This document shows, piece after piece, positions 9,024 to 18,055 of a stretch of 64,000 nucleotides of DNA. The position numbers and the translations under genes are program-made. The stretch lies in assembly GCA_900547305.1 (NCBI GenBank), contig URGH01000002.1:8829-72828 (forward strand). Reading direction: 5' to 3'. Position 1 is the stretch's first letter; every line of letters begins with the position of its first letter. This DNA is from an uncultured Oscillospiraceae bacterium (GTDB lineage: Bacteria; Bacillota; Clostridia; Oscillospirales; Acutalibacteraceae). Below the pieces are notes generated by a model, which was not told the DNA's origin, did no database searches, and was given only the letters and a program-made list of their open reading frames with translations.

Positions 9024-10574
9024 TTACTTGTGCTTTGCTTTCCATTCCTTTTGAACGTTAGCCAGCTTTTTATCGAAATCATCCCAATAAACCTTTAATG
9101 CCTTGGTAGCCTTTGCTTCAAGATCCTTAGCGGAAGAATCGGGGTCCTTAGTGCCGTCCTGAACCTTCATGGAAACAACGTTTATAACGTCCGCCCACAT
9201 CTGTCCGAAAGAGGGATAAATCTTATCGGGGTCGCCGCGGAAGCAGTTGGATATGTTGTTATACATGTACAGCTGCACCTCGTCGTCCGCAAACAGCTTT
9301 TTCGCCGCCGACACCACATCCGGGTGTGTGGTAACGGGGGTATAATAATCGAGATTGAGCTTATAGCTGCTCTTGCCCTTTGCCTTGTCGGTATAGGCGT
9401 TCAGTCTTGCCTTGTTGCCCTCGGAGCTGTATGTCATAAAGCTCAATACCTTAAACGCCTCGTCGGGCACCTTTGTATCGGCAAGCATAAACGCGTGGTC
9501 TATATGAATAGGCATACGCCCCTTTATCGCCTGCGGATACGGGTGGAAAGTCCACTTGCAGTTTTTAAGCAGGGTTTCATAATATTCCTTTGAGTATGTA
9601 CCCTTTTCAAAGTCCATCATAACGGTTCTGCCGAGCTTTGTTGCCGCCCATTCATCGTCCGAACCGAAACGGCTTACATATTTATTTGCAAGGCGGAGAC
9701 TGTAACCTTCAACATTCGGTGTTTGTCTCAGCTTTCTGAACAGAGTCCATGCTTTGGCAAGCGAGCCAGTCATTTCAAAGGAACGGGTATCCGCGTTGTA
9801 TCCGCAGATTCCTACATTCTTCTGATACGCTCCCGCCATATAATAATCAAGGTAAAACAGTCTTTCGCAGAAAGAATATTTATCGTTTGAGGTGGCAGTC
9901 GCAAATTTTGTCATATCGTCGGGCGTCCAGTCAAGCGCCGGAACGTCAACGTTCATCGCGTCCAAAGCGTCCAGATTTAAGGCAACGCAGGTAAAATACG
10001 CCTGGTGCGGCAAAGCGTAAACCTCACCGCCGTATGTATAGTCTTTCATTATATTCGACGGAACGTATTTATACTCGGGGTCTGCTTTCACATATGAGGT
10101 AATCGGGTATACAAGTCCCTGACCTATAAACAGCGGAAGATTCGCAATATCGTCGAAAACTATATCCGGCAACTGACCCGAGGTTGATTTTGCGGCGATA
10201 TATTCCTGCGAGTTGGGCGCGCTGTAATGGTCTACCTGAACCTTTATATTCGGGTATTTTTTTGCAAGCGCGTCAAAAAGCGGCGCCGTGTCGGTCGGTC
10301 TTTGAGAAGAAATCGCAACCTTAACCGTTGTTTTGCCGTTTGCAGTGCTGCCTTTCCCGCCCGAGGTGCTGCCGCCCGCGGTGTTGCCCTTACTGCCCGA
10401 CGCGGTCGTATCCTTATCGGAAGTGCTGCCGCCCGACGTTTTGCTCCCGGAAATCACAACGTCATCGCTCAGATAATAGCTGTATGACTTAGGATTTTTG
10501 CGGCATCCGCCCACGGTCACCAAAGAAAAAACCGCCAACACAACAGCCGTTAAACGAATACTGACTTTTTTCAT
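9024..10574 (-). CDS. ABC transporter solute-binding lipoprotein with Gly/Ser/Thr-rich linker
   Basis: 516 aa. Lipobox LVTVGGC. Low-complexity GS-rich linker, then an SBP fold. Confidence 0.8.
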   Translation of the reverse strand: MKKVSIRLTAVVLAVFSLVTVGGCRKNPKSYSYYLSDDVVISGSKTSGGSTSDKDTTASGSKGNTAGGSTSGGKGSTANGKTTVKVAISSQRPTDTAPLFDALAKKYPNIKVQVDHYSAPNSQEYIAAKSTSGQLPDIVFDDIANLPLFIGQGLVYPITSYVKADPEYKYVPSNIMKDYTYGGEVYALPHQAYFTCVALNLDALDAMNVDVPALDWTPDDMTKFATATSNDKYSFCERLFYLDYYMAGAYQKNVGICGYNADTRSFEMTGSLAKAWTLFRKLRQTPNVEGYSLRLANKYVSRFGSDDEWAATKLGRTVMMDFEKGTYSKEYYETLLKNCKWTFHPYPQAIKGRMPIHIDHAFMLADTKVPDEAFKVLSFMTYSSEGNKARLNAYTDKAKGKSSYKLNLDYYTPVTTHPDVVSAAKKLFADDEVQLYMYNNISNCFRGDPDKIYPSFGQMWADVINVVSMKVQDGTKDPDSSAKDLEAKATKALKVYWDDFDKKLANVQKEWKAKHK

Positions 10575-10575
10575 G

Positions 10576-13500
10576 TTAAGAACTCCTTTTCTGAATTTTA
10601 TCGGAACGTTTTTTCAAACGCAGCGAAACGAGCAATGCCACCGCCGCAAGACCGGTAATAACCGCGGCGGCAAAAAGCGGGAAACGGTCGCCGGTGCGTG
10701 GCTCATAGCGCCCGCCGCCGTTTTCTCCCTTTCCGAAGAGCCACCCGTACTTGCCGTTCGGATTTTTTCCGTAATCAACGCCGATTATTTCCGCCCGACT
10801 TCCGTCGTCCTCTTCCTCGCCTATCAGCGGGTCGTTGGGTTCGAACGTATCGGGCAGGTTATCGTGCTCCTCAAGGGTGATAACGTTTCCATCGTAATCA
10901 AGCGTTGTTATGCTTAAATTATCGTACATAGCCATATTCTTATTGCTCATAAAGCCTATGTAACCGCCCGTGTAGCCCTCTCGCAAAGCGCACTCGTGAA
11001 CCTCTGTTCCGTCAATTTCAAGTACCGCTTTGAGCTTTGTAACCGTCAGCGTCATATGGTGCATTTGGGAATCCCATGTCCGTGCGTAATCCTTGAATTC
11101 AGAGGCGGAAACCGATTCGCCGTAGCTGTTGGTATCGCGCACAAGCTGTCCTCTGAAACGCGCGCTGCCCTCCATTGTGAGGTATGCCGCGGCTCCGCCG
11201 CCGTTGTAGGTCAGATAGGTATCGGGGTCCTCTATTCCGAAAACCACCATTGCCTGACCCCAGGTATTTGCGCCCTGACGGAAATCAACATCAAGCCTGA
11301 AATTCCTGAATGTGCGCCCGGTATAAATCAAAGACTCTATTTCGTCATGGTCGCCCACGTTTCCTGCCGAGTCCTTACGCCTTATGGCGCCGCCGTCCAT
11401 ATAATATACGGAATCTATCGTGGTTCTTATATAATCCTCCGCTTTTGGGTTCGGGGAATACATATTTACCCAATTCTTATTAAAATCGCTCAATGCGTCT
11501 ATAAAGAACTTAACCGTTGTTGAAATGTTATAATCAACCGTTACCGTAACCTTAACGCTTGCGGCTATTCCGTCGGGGTTGATAAGGGTTTTGTTTACAG
11601 GAAGAACCGGTGTTCCCTTAAAGGTAAAGGTGCCGGGGTAGCTCGGTATGTAATCGTCGCTCGACCATTCTATCTTCCGTGTAACCGTTTCGCCCTTATC
11701 TGTGGTAACTTTCAGCGTTTCGGGCAAATTCAAAAGATTTGTGTTGCTGTTTTCTGCGGTTCTTTCCCACTTGATATCGTTAACCTTTTCTATCGAAACA
11801 ATTTTGCTCTGCTTTTCGGGGTCAATTTCCATTTTATCGTAATCGGTCACGGAGAAGTTATCGAAGTAGGAACCGGCGCTTATGCCGTTCACCATGGAAA
11901 TAAAGCCATCAACGCTTCCTACGTCTATATTGCTTAAAACCTCTGTTCCGTTTATCGTAACGCTCGCCTTACCTCCGATAACCGCAAGCTCGATTTTAAA
12001 CTCAAAATTGTTCGCCTCATGGTTAAACACCGCCTTACCCGCGCAGTCATGAATATACCAATCGTCAAAATTCACCTTTACGTCGGCGGCGCTTCCGAGA
12101 TATACAGCAGTCGCCGTTTCAGATTCGTTTCTGAATCCCAGCGTAAAGCCGCCGTTGCTCTTCATTCCCTTACCCTGCTCGCCGACGGTTATTGCATTGT
12201 AACTCGTGCCCCACATAGGCATATACGCGTCAACTGTAAGGTAAAAATCCCTGAATTTCTGGTTCTTGTAGGTATAATAAGCCATGTGCCAATACGGGCG
12301 GTTGCCGTTCTCCCACGGATTTTTTTCGGTGCCCGCGTCAAAAACTCTTTCAAGCCTGTTTTTGTTGAGATTAATATATTTCGACGGGTCGTTTGTTATA
12401 TCCGTAAGTGAATTTTCAGCCGTTTCGCCCGTATCGTAGTAGAAATTGAAGTCGCGGGTTATAAGACTGCTGTCACCGCTGCTGTTGAAATTGGTGGAAT
12501 ATCTGCCGTTTTCCTCGGTTCTCTCAAACGGAGCTTCTTTCACGGTATTTATAAACGAAAAGTTATCAAACGCCCCCTGCCAGTCAGCGGCAAGATTGTA
12601 ACCGAGCGTTACCGACGCATAATATGCCGCAGCTTCAAGTCCGCTTTTTTCAAGCGCCTTTTCTCCGTCTATATAAGCGGCGGCGGTGCCGTTTTCAAAT
12701 GTTATCTTTACATTTACTGTTTTTTCCTTACTTGTAACAGCCCCGTGCGCGGCGGTACTATCCTGCTTTATATAGAAGAAGTCCAAATCCTGCCGTGCCT
12801 CGGCGGCGTTTCCGAGGAATAAATCGTATTTCTTTTCAAACGCGTTGTACTTCATGGCAAGGGTAAAGCCCGAGGCGTATATTGTGCCCTCGGTATCGGG
12901 CGCGAAGTGCAGCATTTCAAAGCCGTCGTGCGTGCTTGTTAAATCAACCGAAAACTCAAAATTCTTGAAGCTTTGGTTTTTGTAGTAAAAATACAGCTGC
13001 TGCCAGTAGGGTCTTCTGCCGTCCGTCTCTGTTTCCGAGGGGGCGTTCGTCCTCACAATGCGCCCGCCCGAAACGGCGGCATATGCGGCAAGCTCGGACA
13101 TATTAAGCTCTTTCGGAGAACTTGATACCCAATTTTCATGGTCGTAGCGTACTGTAAAGTCATTTCCGAGAGCATTGGAAAGACTATCGGCGTCAAGGTT
13201 ATTTGTATATTTTCCGTCCTCCTCGGTGCGCTCGAATGCAGCCTTAACGCTTTTAATTTTAAAATTATCAACAGCGCCTTGCCAATCTTCCGCCAGGTTA
13301 TAACCAAGCGTTACCGCAGGATAATAGTCGGCAGTTTCAAGTCCGCTTTTTTCAAGCACTCTTTCGCCGTCTATATAAGCGGTAGCGGTACCGTTATAAA
13401 ATACTATTTTAACGTTTACGGTTTTTTCCTTCCCGGTAACAGTCGCGTGCGCGGCGGTACTTTCCTGCTTTACATAGAAGAAATCCAAATCCTGCCGCGC

Positions 13501-14022
13501 CTCTCCCGCGTCTCCTAAGAATAAATCGTATTTCTTTTCAAACGCGTTGTACTTCATGGCAAGGGTAAAGCCCGAAGAATATATTGTGCCGTCGGTAGCA
13601 GGGGCAAAGTGCAGCATTTCAAAGCCGTCGTGCGTGTTTGTTAAATCAAGCGAAAGCTCAAAGTTTTTAAAGCTCTGATTTTTATAATATAAATACACCT
13701 GCTGCCAATAAGGCCGCCTGCTGTCGTTGGGATTCTCCGACGGGGCGTTTATCCTGGTCAGCCTGCCGTCAGTCAGCGCGAGATATTTCCCCGCCTCGGC
13801 GACCGACAGCTTTTCCGGAGTGGCGGAAACCCAATTTTCATTATCATATCGGATTTCAAAATCGTTTCCGAGCGCCGCCGCCAAATCCGCGGCGTCAAAG
13901 TCGTTTTCGTAAACGCCGTCGCTTTCGGATCTCGCCGCCATTGCGAACTGAGAAACCGGTAACGCGCAAATCAGCAATATAAGCGCCAAAAGTGAAGCTG
14001 TTATTCTGTCTCTCTTTTTCAT
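10576..14022 (-). CDS. Giant C-terminally membrane-anchored surface protein with four LamG/DUF1080-like jelly-roll modules and an Ig-like domain
   Basis: True start is the ATG at 14022 (RBS GGGAGG), not the TTG at 14055. Signal peptide. Modules end with DUF1080-like G.IG....Y.N(F/L)S(I/F) motifs. C-terminal acidic linker plus a single TM helix and KKRSDKIQKRSS tail. Confidence 0.8.
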   Translation of the reverse strand: MKKRDRITASLLALILLICALPVSQFAMAARSESDGVYENDFDAADLAAALGNDFEIRYDNENWVSATPEKLSVAEAGKYLALTDGRLTRINAPSENPNDSRRPYWQQVYLYYKNQSFKNFELSLDLTNTHDGFEMLHFAPATDGTIYSSGFTLAMKYNAFEKKYDLFLGDAGEARQDLDFFYVKQESTAAHATVTGKEKTVNVKIVFYNGTATAYIDGERVLEKSGLETADYYPAVTLGYNLAEDWQGAVDNFKIKSVKAAFERTEEDGKYTNNLDADSLSNALGNDFTVRYDHENWVSSSPKELNMSELAAYAAVSGGRIVRTNAPSETETDGRRPYWQQLYFYYKNQSFKNFEFSVDLTSTHDGFEMLHFAPDTEGTIYASGFTLAMKYNAFEKKYDLFLGNAAEARQDLDFFYIKQDSTAAHGAVTSKEKTVNVKITFENGTAAAYIDGEKALEKSGLEAAAYYASVTLGYNLAADWQGAFDNFSFINTVKEAPFERTEENGRYSTNFNSSGDSSLITRDFNFYYDTGETAENSLTDITNDPSKYINLNKNRLERVFDAGTEKNPWENGNRPYWHMAYYTYKNQKFRDFYLTVDAYMPMWGTSYNAITVGEQGKGMKSNGGFTLGFRNESETATAVYLGSAADVKVNFDDWYIHDCAGKAVFNHEANNFEFKIELAVIGGKASVTINGTEVLSNIDVGSVDGFISMVNGISAGSYFDNFSVTDYDKMEIDPEKQSKIVSIEKVNDIKWERTAENSNTNLLNLPETLKVTTDKGETVTRKIEWSSDDYIPSYPGTFTFKGTPVLPVNKTLINPDGIAASVKVTVTVDYNISTTVKFFIDALSDFNKNWVNMYSPNPKAEDYIRTTIDSVYYMDGGAIRRKDSAGNVGDHDEIESLIYTGRTFRNFRLDVDFRQGANTWGQAMVVFGIEDPDTYLTYNGGGAAAYLTMEGSARFRGQLVRDTNSYGESVSASEFKDYARTWDSQMHHMTLTVTKLKAVLEIDGTEVHECALREGYTGGYIGFMSNKNMAMYDNLSITTLDYDGNVITLEEHDNLPDTFEPNDPLIGEEEDDGSRAEIIGVDYGKNPNGKYGWLFGKGENGGGRYEPRTGDRFPLFAAAVITGLAAVALLVSLRLKKRSDKIQKRSS
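12540..13908 (-). repeat. Intragenic tandem duplication of ~690 bp (two ~230-aa modules, near-identical at the DNA level)
   Basis: Long identical strings recur about 698 bp apart, for example cttttcaaacgcgttgtacttcatggcaagggtaaagcccga at ~12833 and ~13531. Confidence 0.7.
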
Positions 14023-14081
14023 CGTAATCCTCCCGATTAATAAATTGTTTTTCAAATGCCGCCGTACATGCCGCGCCGATT

Positions 14082-15362
14082 TTAAATTACTTTCTTTTCA
14101 ACGCAGCGCTCCGCAAATTCGCAGAAAAGCGCGTCGGACCATGTAAAGAACTCGCGTTTAAACTTTTTCGGGTCGTCGGGATCAAAGCACTCGTGCATAT
14201 ATCCGGTATCCGCGTCGGCTGAAATCAGCGTGTCAAGCACATTCCGCATTTCTTCCGCGTCCTCCGAGGTCAGCCCCTGCATCGAAAGCCCCATGTGCCA
14301 TATATATCCTGTGTATTCATGCGGGGATCCGAGCCCGCTCGCAAAGCTGCCCTTGTAGTAATATGGGTTATCGTCGCTTAAAATAAACCTGCGGGTGTTT
14401 TTATAAACCTCGTCAAGCTCGGCTGTGTTGAAGCCTATATACGGCAAAGATAAAAGACTCGGTGTGTTTGCGTCGTCCATAAACTCGTAATTCCCCAGCC
14501 CGTCGGTTTCATAGGCGAAAATTTTACCGTATTTTTCATGCTCTGTAATACCGTATTTTTTAACCCCGTCAAGTATTTCCTGCCGCAGCCTTTCCGCTCT
14601 TTCGGCAACTTCGGGCGCGCAGTTTTTTAAAAGCTCGCTTACATAGCCGAGAACCACATAAGCAAAAATATTCCCGGGAATGTTGTAGCCGTAGCTTACC
14701 GCGTCATCGGACGGTCTGAAACCCTGCCACGTCATTCCGGTATATCCTACCGGCTCGCCCATTCCGTTATTGTGCAGCGTATCGTTATACCTATCTGTTT
14801 CCCTCGAAAACCTGTATTCCGATTTTTCAAAATGGTGCTGCTCGGTTTCCAAAACATCAAGTACGGTTTTCACGGTGCCCGGCAGAACCTCCTCTATAAA
14901 CGCTCCGTCGCCCGTTACCTTATAATATTTGTAAATCAGCCGCAGCGGATATGAAAGCGAATCAAGCTCGTATTTTCTTTCCCAAACCCAAGGCGATTTG
15001 CGGGGAATATCCTCTGTGTGTCCCCTGTCGCTCGGCTGCTCGTTGAAGGCATTCGCATACGGATCTACCGCTATATATGAAAACTGCTTTTTTATAACGC
15101 TGCGAATAAGCCCGCCGATTTCGGGGTCATTTGCAAAACAGACGTAATTCCAAAGCTGCGCCGAGGAGTCTCTCAGCCACATGGCGGGAATATCGCCCGA
15201 AACCAAATAATCGCTGAGCGTTCCGTCCTCTCTGCGGGAAAACGCGTCAAATGTATGTAAATAGCAGTTTCTGTAAAGCCTTGCCAGCTTCGGAGAATAC
15301 TCTTTCATCACACTCTCGTATTTTTCTAAATGCTCTTTTATCATCGGGCAAATGTCCATGTC
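14082..15362 (-). CDS. GH125-family exo-alpha-1,6-mannosidase-like protein (DUF1237)
   Basis: WLRDS motif (PAMWLRDSSAQLWNYV). Size is ~427 aa from the ATG at 15362, which has an AAGGAG RBS. The supplied ORF is extended into the 5'UTR. Confidence 0.7.
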   Translation of the reverse strand, partial: DMDICPMIKEHLEKYESVMKEYSPKLARLYRNCYLHTFDAFSRREDGTLSDYLVSGDIPAMWLRDSSAQLWNYVCFANDPEIGGLIRSVIKKQFSYIAVDPYANAFNEQPSDRGHTEDIPRKSPWVWERKYELDSLSYPLRLIYKYYKVTGDGAFIEEVLPGTVKTVLDVLETEQHHFEKSEYRFSRETDRYNDTLHNNGMGEPVGYTGMTWQGFRPSDDAVSYGYNIPGNIFAYVVLGYVSELLKNCAPEVAERAERLRQEILDGVKKYGITEHEKYGKIFAYETDGLGNYEFMDDANTPSLLSLPYIGFNTAELDEVYKNTRRFILSDDNPYYYKGSFASGLGSPHEYTGYIWHMGLSMQGLTSEDAEEMRNVLDTLISADADTGYMHECFDPDDPKKFKREFFTWSDALFCEFAERCVEKKVI

Positions 15363-15409
15363 TTTTCTCCTTACGTTTTCAATTGCTGACAAATATTTTT
15401 TACCGTCCG

Positions 15410-15551
15410 TTTTAGTGAAACGGTTAATGGCGCATTTTATTATATTCAAAAAAATATAAATGTTACTTTTAGTGATTTTTATTATATCATGTGTTTTAAA
15501 GTTTGTAAAGTACTTTTTTTAAATTAGTTAATCTTAATCGTTTCACTAAAA
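15410..15551. promoter_or_regulatory. Pair of 18-bp inverted repeats (TTTTAGTGAAACGGTTAA / TTAATCGTTTCACTAAAA) bracketing the GH125 promoter. Candidate operator.
   Basis: 17/18 bases are complementary. One copy lies at about -50 and the other at about +55 relative to the predicted -10. Confidence 0.35.
15481..15509 (-). promoter_or_regulatory. Sigma-A-type promoter for the GH125 operon (TTTACA-17-TATAAT on the minus strand)
   Basis: Minus-strand -35 TTTACA and -10 TATAAT separated by a 17-nt spacer. Confidence 0.4.
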
Positions 15552-15593
15552 TTGTTTTATAAAATCCGGTTTGATTTCAGGAAGTTTACAGCA

Positions 15594-15623
15594 TAAAAAA
15601 GCCTCCCCGATGTTTGGGGAGGC
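15594..15623 (-). terminator. Rho-independent terminator of mscL
   Basis: GCCTCCCC-loop-GGGGAGGC followed by a U-run on the minus strand. Confidence 0.6.
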
Positions 15624-15641
15624 TCAGTCTGATTGTATCGT

Positions 15642-16094
15642 CTAATTATTTTTAAGCGAATCCCTGATTTCGCGGAGCAGTAAAATATCTTCCGTAGGCT
15701 CTGCGGGTTTTTCCTCTTCCTTTACCTCTTCCTTTTTGTGTTTAAGACTGTTCATAGCCTTAATAACAAAGAATATTACAAGCGAAACTATAAGGAAGTT
15801 TATAACCGACTGTATAAATTTGCCGTAGCATATTTCCGCATCCTTAACGCCCTCTATTGCCGAGGGGATTGTAACCTTTAAATCAGAAAAATCAATACCG
15901 CCCATAATAAGACCTATAAGCGGGGTTATCATATCGTTTACAAGCGAGGTTACTATTGCCGTAAACGCGCTGCCCATTACCACGCCGACAGCAAGGTCGA
16001 TAACGTTGCCGCGGGAAATAAACTCCTTAAACTCGCCTATTAAGCCCTTTTTGCTTTTAATGCCCTCAACAATATCAATTTTTTTCTTACCCAT
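15642..16094 (-). CDS. mscL: Large-conductance mechanosensitive channel
   Basis: 150 aa. MscL N-terminal signature and two TM segments. Confidence 0.9.
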   Translation of the reverse strand: MGKKKIDIVEGIKSKKGLIGEFKEFISRGNVIDLAVGVVMGSAFTAIVTSLVNDMITPLIGLIMGGIDFSDLKVTIPSAIEGVKDAEICYGKFIQSVINFLIVSLVIFFVIKAMNSLKHKKEEVKEEEKPAEPTEDILLLREIRDSLKNN

Positions 16095-16098
16095 AATT

Positions 16099-17229
16099 TT
16101 AACGCTCCCTGTTTTTAAAATACATAAACAACTGGCATTTTATCATTCCGTTATACAGCTTTCGGCGTTTATCCGCCTCTCTGCCGAAGAAACGCTCAAA
16201 TTCATCGTGCGGGCTTATAATGTAGTATTTTCTGCCGCAGCCCTCTTTAAAGCGCTGACCCATTACGGTATACAGCTCCTCCGCCGCCTTTACGTCAAGC
16301 AGCCTCTCGCCGTAGGGCGGGTTGGTAATAACAAGGCACCTTTCATCGGGCACGGTAAAATCGCGAATATCGCCGACTGCCGCCTTAACATACTTTTTCA
16401 TACCCGCTTTTTCGGCGTTTTCGTTTGTCAGTGCCACGGCGTTCGGGTCGGTATCAAACCCCTGCGCCCTGAAATCTATATTATGCACAATAAGGTCCTG
16501 CGCGCGCATTCTTTCATCGCGCCATATGTTTTCGGGAATAAAGCCGAAGCGCTCAGCCGAAAAGAAACGCCTGAGCCCCGGGGCGGTATTGGTAGCCTTT
16601 AGCGCCGCCTCTATAAGCAGCGTTCCGCTGCCGCAGAACGGGTCGAACATAAGGGTATCGGGGTAAATTCTCGCAAGGTCGCACATTGCTGCGCCCAGCG
16701 TTTCCTTGAGCGGCGCGTCGTTCGATTTTCTTCTGTACCCGCGCTTATGCAGCCCATCGCCCGAGGTATCAATCATAAGCGAGGCAATATTCTTATGAAT
16801 AAAGAAACGAACGCGGTATTCCGCGCCGGTTTCTTCAAAATGCGATATGTGATATTTCTGTTTCAGCCTTTCAACAATAGCCTTTTTAATTATAGACTGG
16901 CAATCGGGTATGCTGAAAAGCGCCGAATCAATGCTCCTGCCGTTTACGGGGAAAGCGTCAAATTTGCCGATATAGTCTTCCCACGGCAGCGCCTTAACGC
17001 CGTCAAAAAGCTCTGTGAAGGTAGCAGCGCGAAATTCGCCCACGTCTATCATAATACGCTCTGAGTAGCGGGAGCAAATGTTTGCGCGCGCCAGCATATT
17101 AAGGCTGCCCGAAAGCCTTACTCTGCCGTTTTCGGCGGTAACGCTTTCAAAGCCCATACGGCGGAATTCATCAGCCGCTATGCTTTCAACACCGAAAAGG
17201 CAGGGGGCAATAAGCTTTATATTATCCAT
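16099..17229 (-). CDS. THUMP-domain class I SAM-dependent RNA methyltransferase (RlmL/YpsC-like)
   Basis: NPPYGERL motif and SAM-binding FDPFCGSGT. Confidence 0.8.
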   Translation of the reverse strand: MDNIKLIAPCLFGVESIAADEFRRMGFESVTAENGRVRLSGSLNMLARANICSRYSERIMIDVGEFRAATFTELFDGVKALPWEDYIGKFDAFPVNGRSIDSALFSIPDCQSIIKKAIVERLKQKYHISHFEETGAEYRVRFFIHKNIASLMIDTSGDGLHKRGYRRKSNDAPLKETLGAAMCDLARIYPDTLMFDPFCGSGTLLIEAALKATNTAPGLRRFFSAERFGFIPENIWRDERMRAQDLIVHNIDFRAQGFDTDPNAVALTNENAEKAGMKKYVKAAVGDIRDFTVPDERCLVITNPPYGERLLDVKAAEELYTVMGQRFKEGCGRKYYIISPHDEFERFFGREADKRRKLYNGMIKCQLFMYFKNRER

Positions 17230-17234
17230 AAAAA

Positions 17235-17684
17235 TTATTTACCCGCGCCGCGCTTGGTGCGCCTTGCCTCCGGGTTTTTACGCTTTAAATCGGAGAACTT
17301 TTCGTCGCTTGTCTGCTTAAAGCGGTTCATCATTTCCTCAAAGCTCTGCGGCTCCGCTTTTTTGGGGGTCCAGGTATACGAGCCGTCAATCTTCGGCGGG
17401 GGCGAGTTGCGCCTTTCCCTGCGCTCTCTGGGCTCGCTTGTTTTTTCCGGCTCAAGGGCTCTTTTAATGCTGAGTGATATTTTCCCGTCCTCCCCGACGT
17501 TCAATACCTTCATTTTAACCTCGTCGCCTATTTTAACAAATTCCTTAATATCGTTTACATAGGTACGGGCAACCTCCGAAATATGTACCATTCCCGTTTT
17601 TCCCTCGCCGAGATCCACGAAAACGCCGAAGTTGGTAATTCCGGTTATTTTTCCCTCAACAATTTGTCCGATAGTTAGCTGCAT
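17235..17684 (-). CDS. yabR: S1 RNA-binding domain protein (YabR / general stress protein 13-like)
   Basis: S1 fold at the N-terminus, basic C-terminal tail. Conserved position after divIC. Confidence 0.8.
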   Translation of the reverse strand: MQLTIGQIVEGKITGITNFGVFVDLGEGKTGMVHISEVARTYVNDIKEFVKIGDEVKMKVLNVGEDGKISLSIKRALEPEKTSEPRERRERRNSPPPKIDGSYTWTPKKAEPQSFEEMMNRFKQTSDEKFSDLKRKNPEARRTKRGAGK

Positions 17685-17712
17685 AAAAGCCGAATGTCCT
17701 CCTCAAAAAATT

Positions 17713-18003
17713 TCAGTTTCCCGATATATCAATAAATATCTGCTCGTCCGGATAAACGTACCCTAAGCGCTCGCGCGCCGCCTTTTCAATGATCTTGGTT
17801 TTGGAGCCGTCCTCAAGCATTGCTTTAAGCTCATCAATATCATTTTTTTCGGCGGAATACTGCGCTTTAAGCTCGTTTAACTGCTTTGTGCTGTCATTCC
17901 AGGTTTTCCAAAGCCCCGCAAATGTGAACACCATATAAGCACATACGCCGAGAATCATAATCCGCAGGATAATGCTTTTATTCCTGCGCTTTTTCTTTTT
18001 CAT
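17713..18003 (-). CDS. divIC: Septum formation initiator (DivIC/FtsB family)
   Basis: 96 aa. N-terminal TM helix plus coiled-coil. Cluster context. Confidence 0.65.
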   Translation of the reverse strand: MKKKKRRNKSIILRIMILGVCAYMVFTFAGLWKTWNDSTKQLNELKAQYSAEKNDIDELKAMLEDGSKTKIIEKAARERLGYVYPDEQIFIDISGN

Positions 18004-18055
18004 AATTTCAGCGCTCCAAACGTTTTTTTGATATAAACTCAGTATACAACAAACC

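Noticed and set aside
14022-14055. TTG start at 14055 for the giant surface protein, and similar upstream-extended starts (hup 19469, yabO 19270, mtnN 22054, rex 49566, cca 62200, GH125 15449, oxidoreductase 51608)
   Set aside because: Internal ATG/GTG codons are preceded by strong RBSs and give canonical N-termini (signal peptide, HU, S4, Rex). The extensions have no RBS and odd composition.
15410-15427. Possible CcpA cre site (TGAAACGGTTAA)
   Set aside because: Compared with cre consensus TGWNANCGNTNWCA, the CG core is displaced by one position. I kept it only as a generic inverted-repeat operator candidate.
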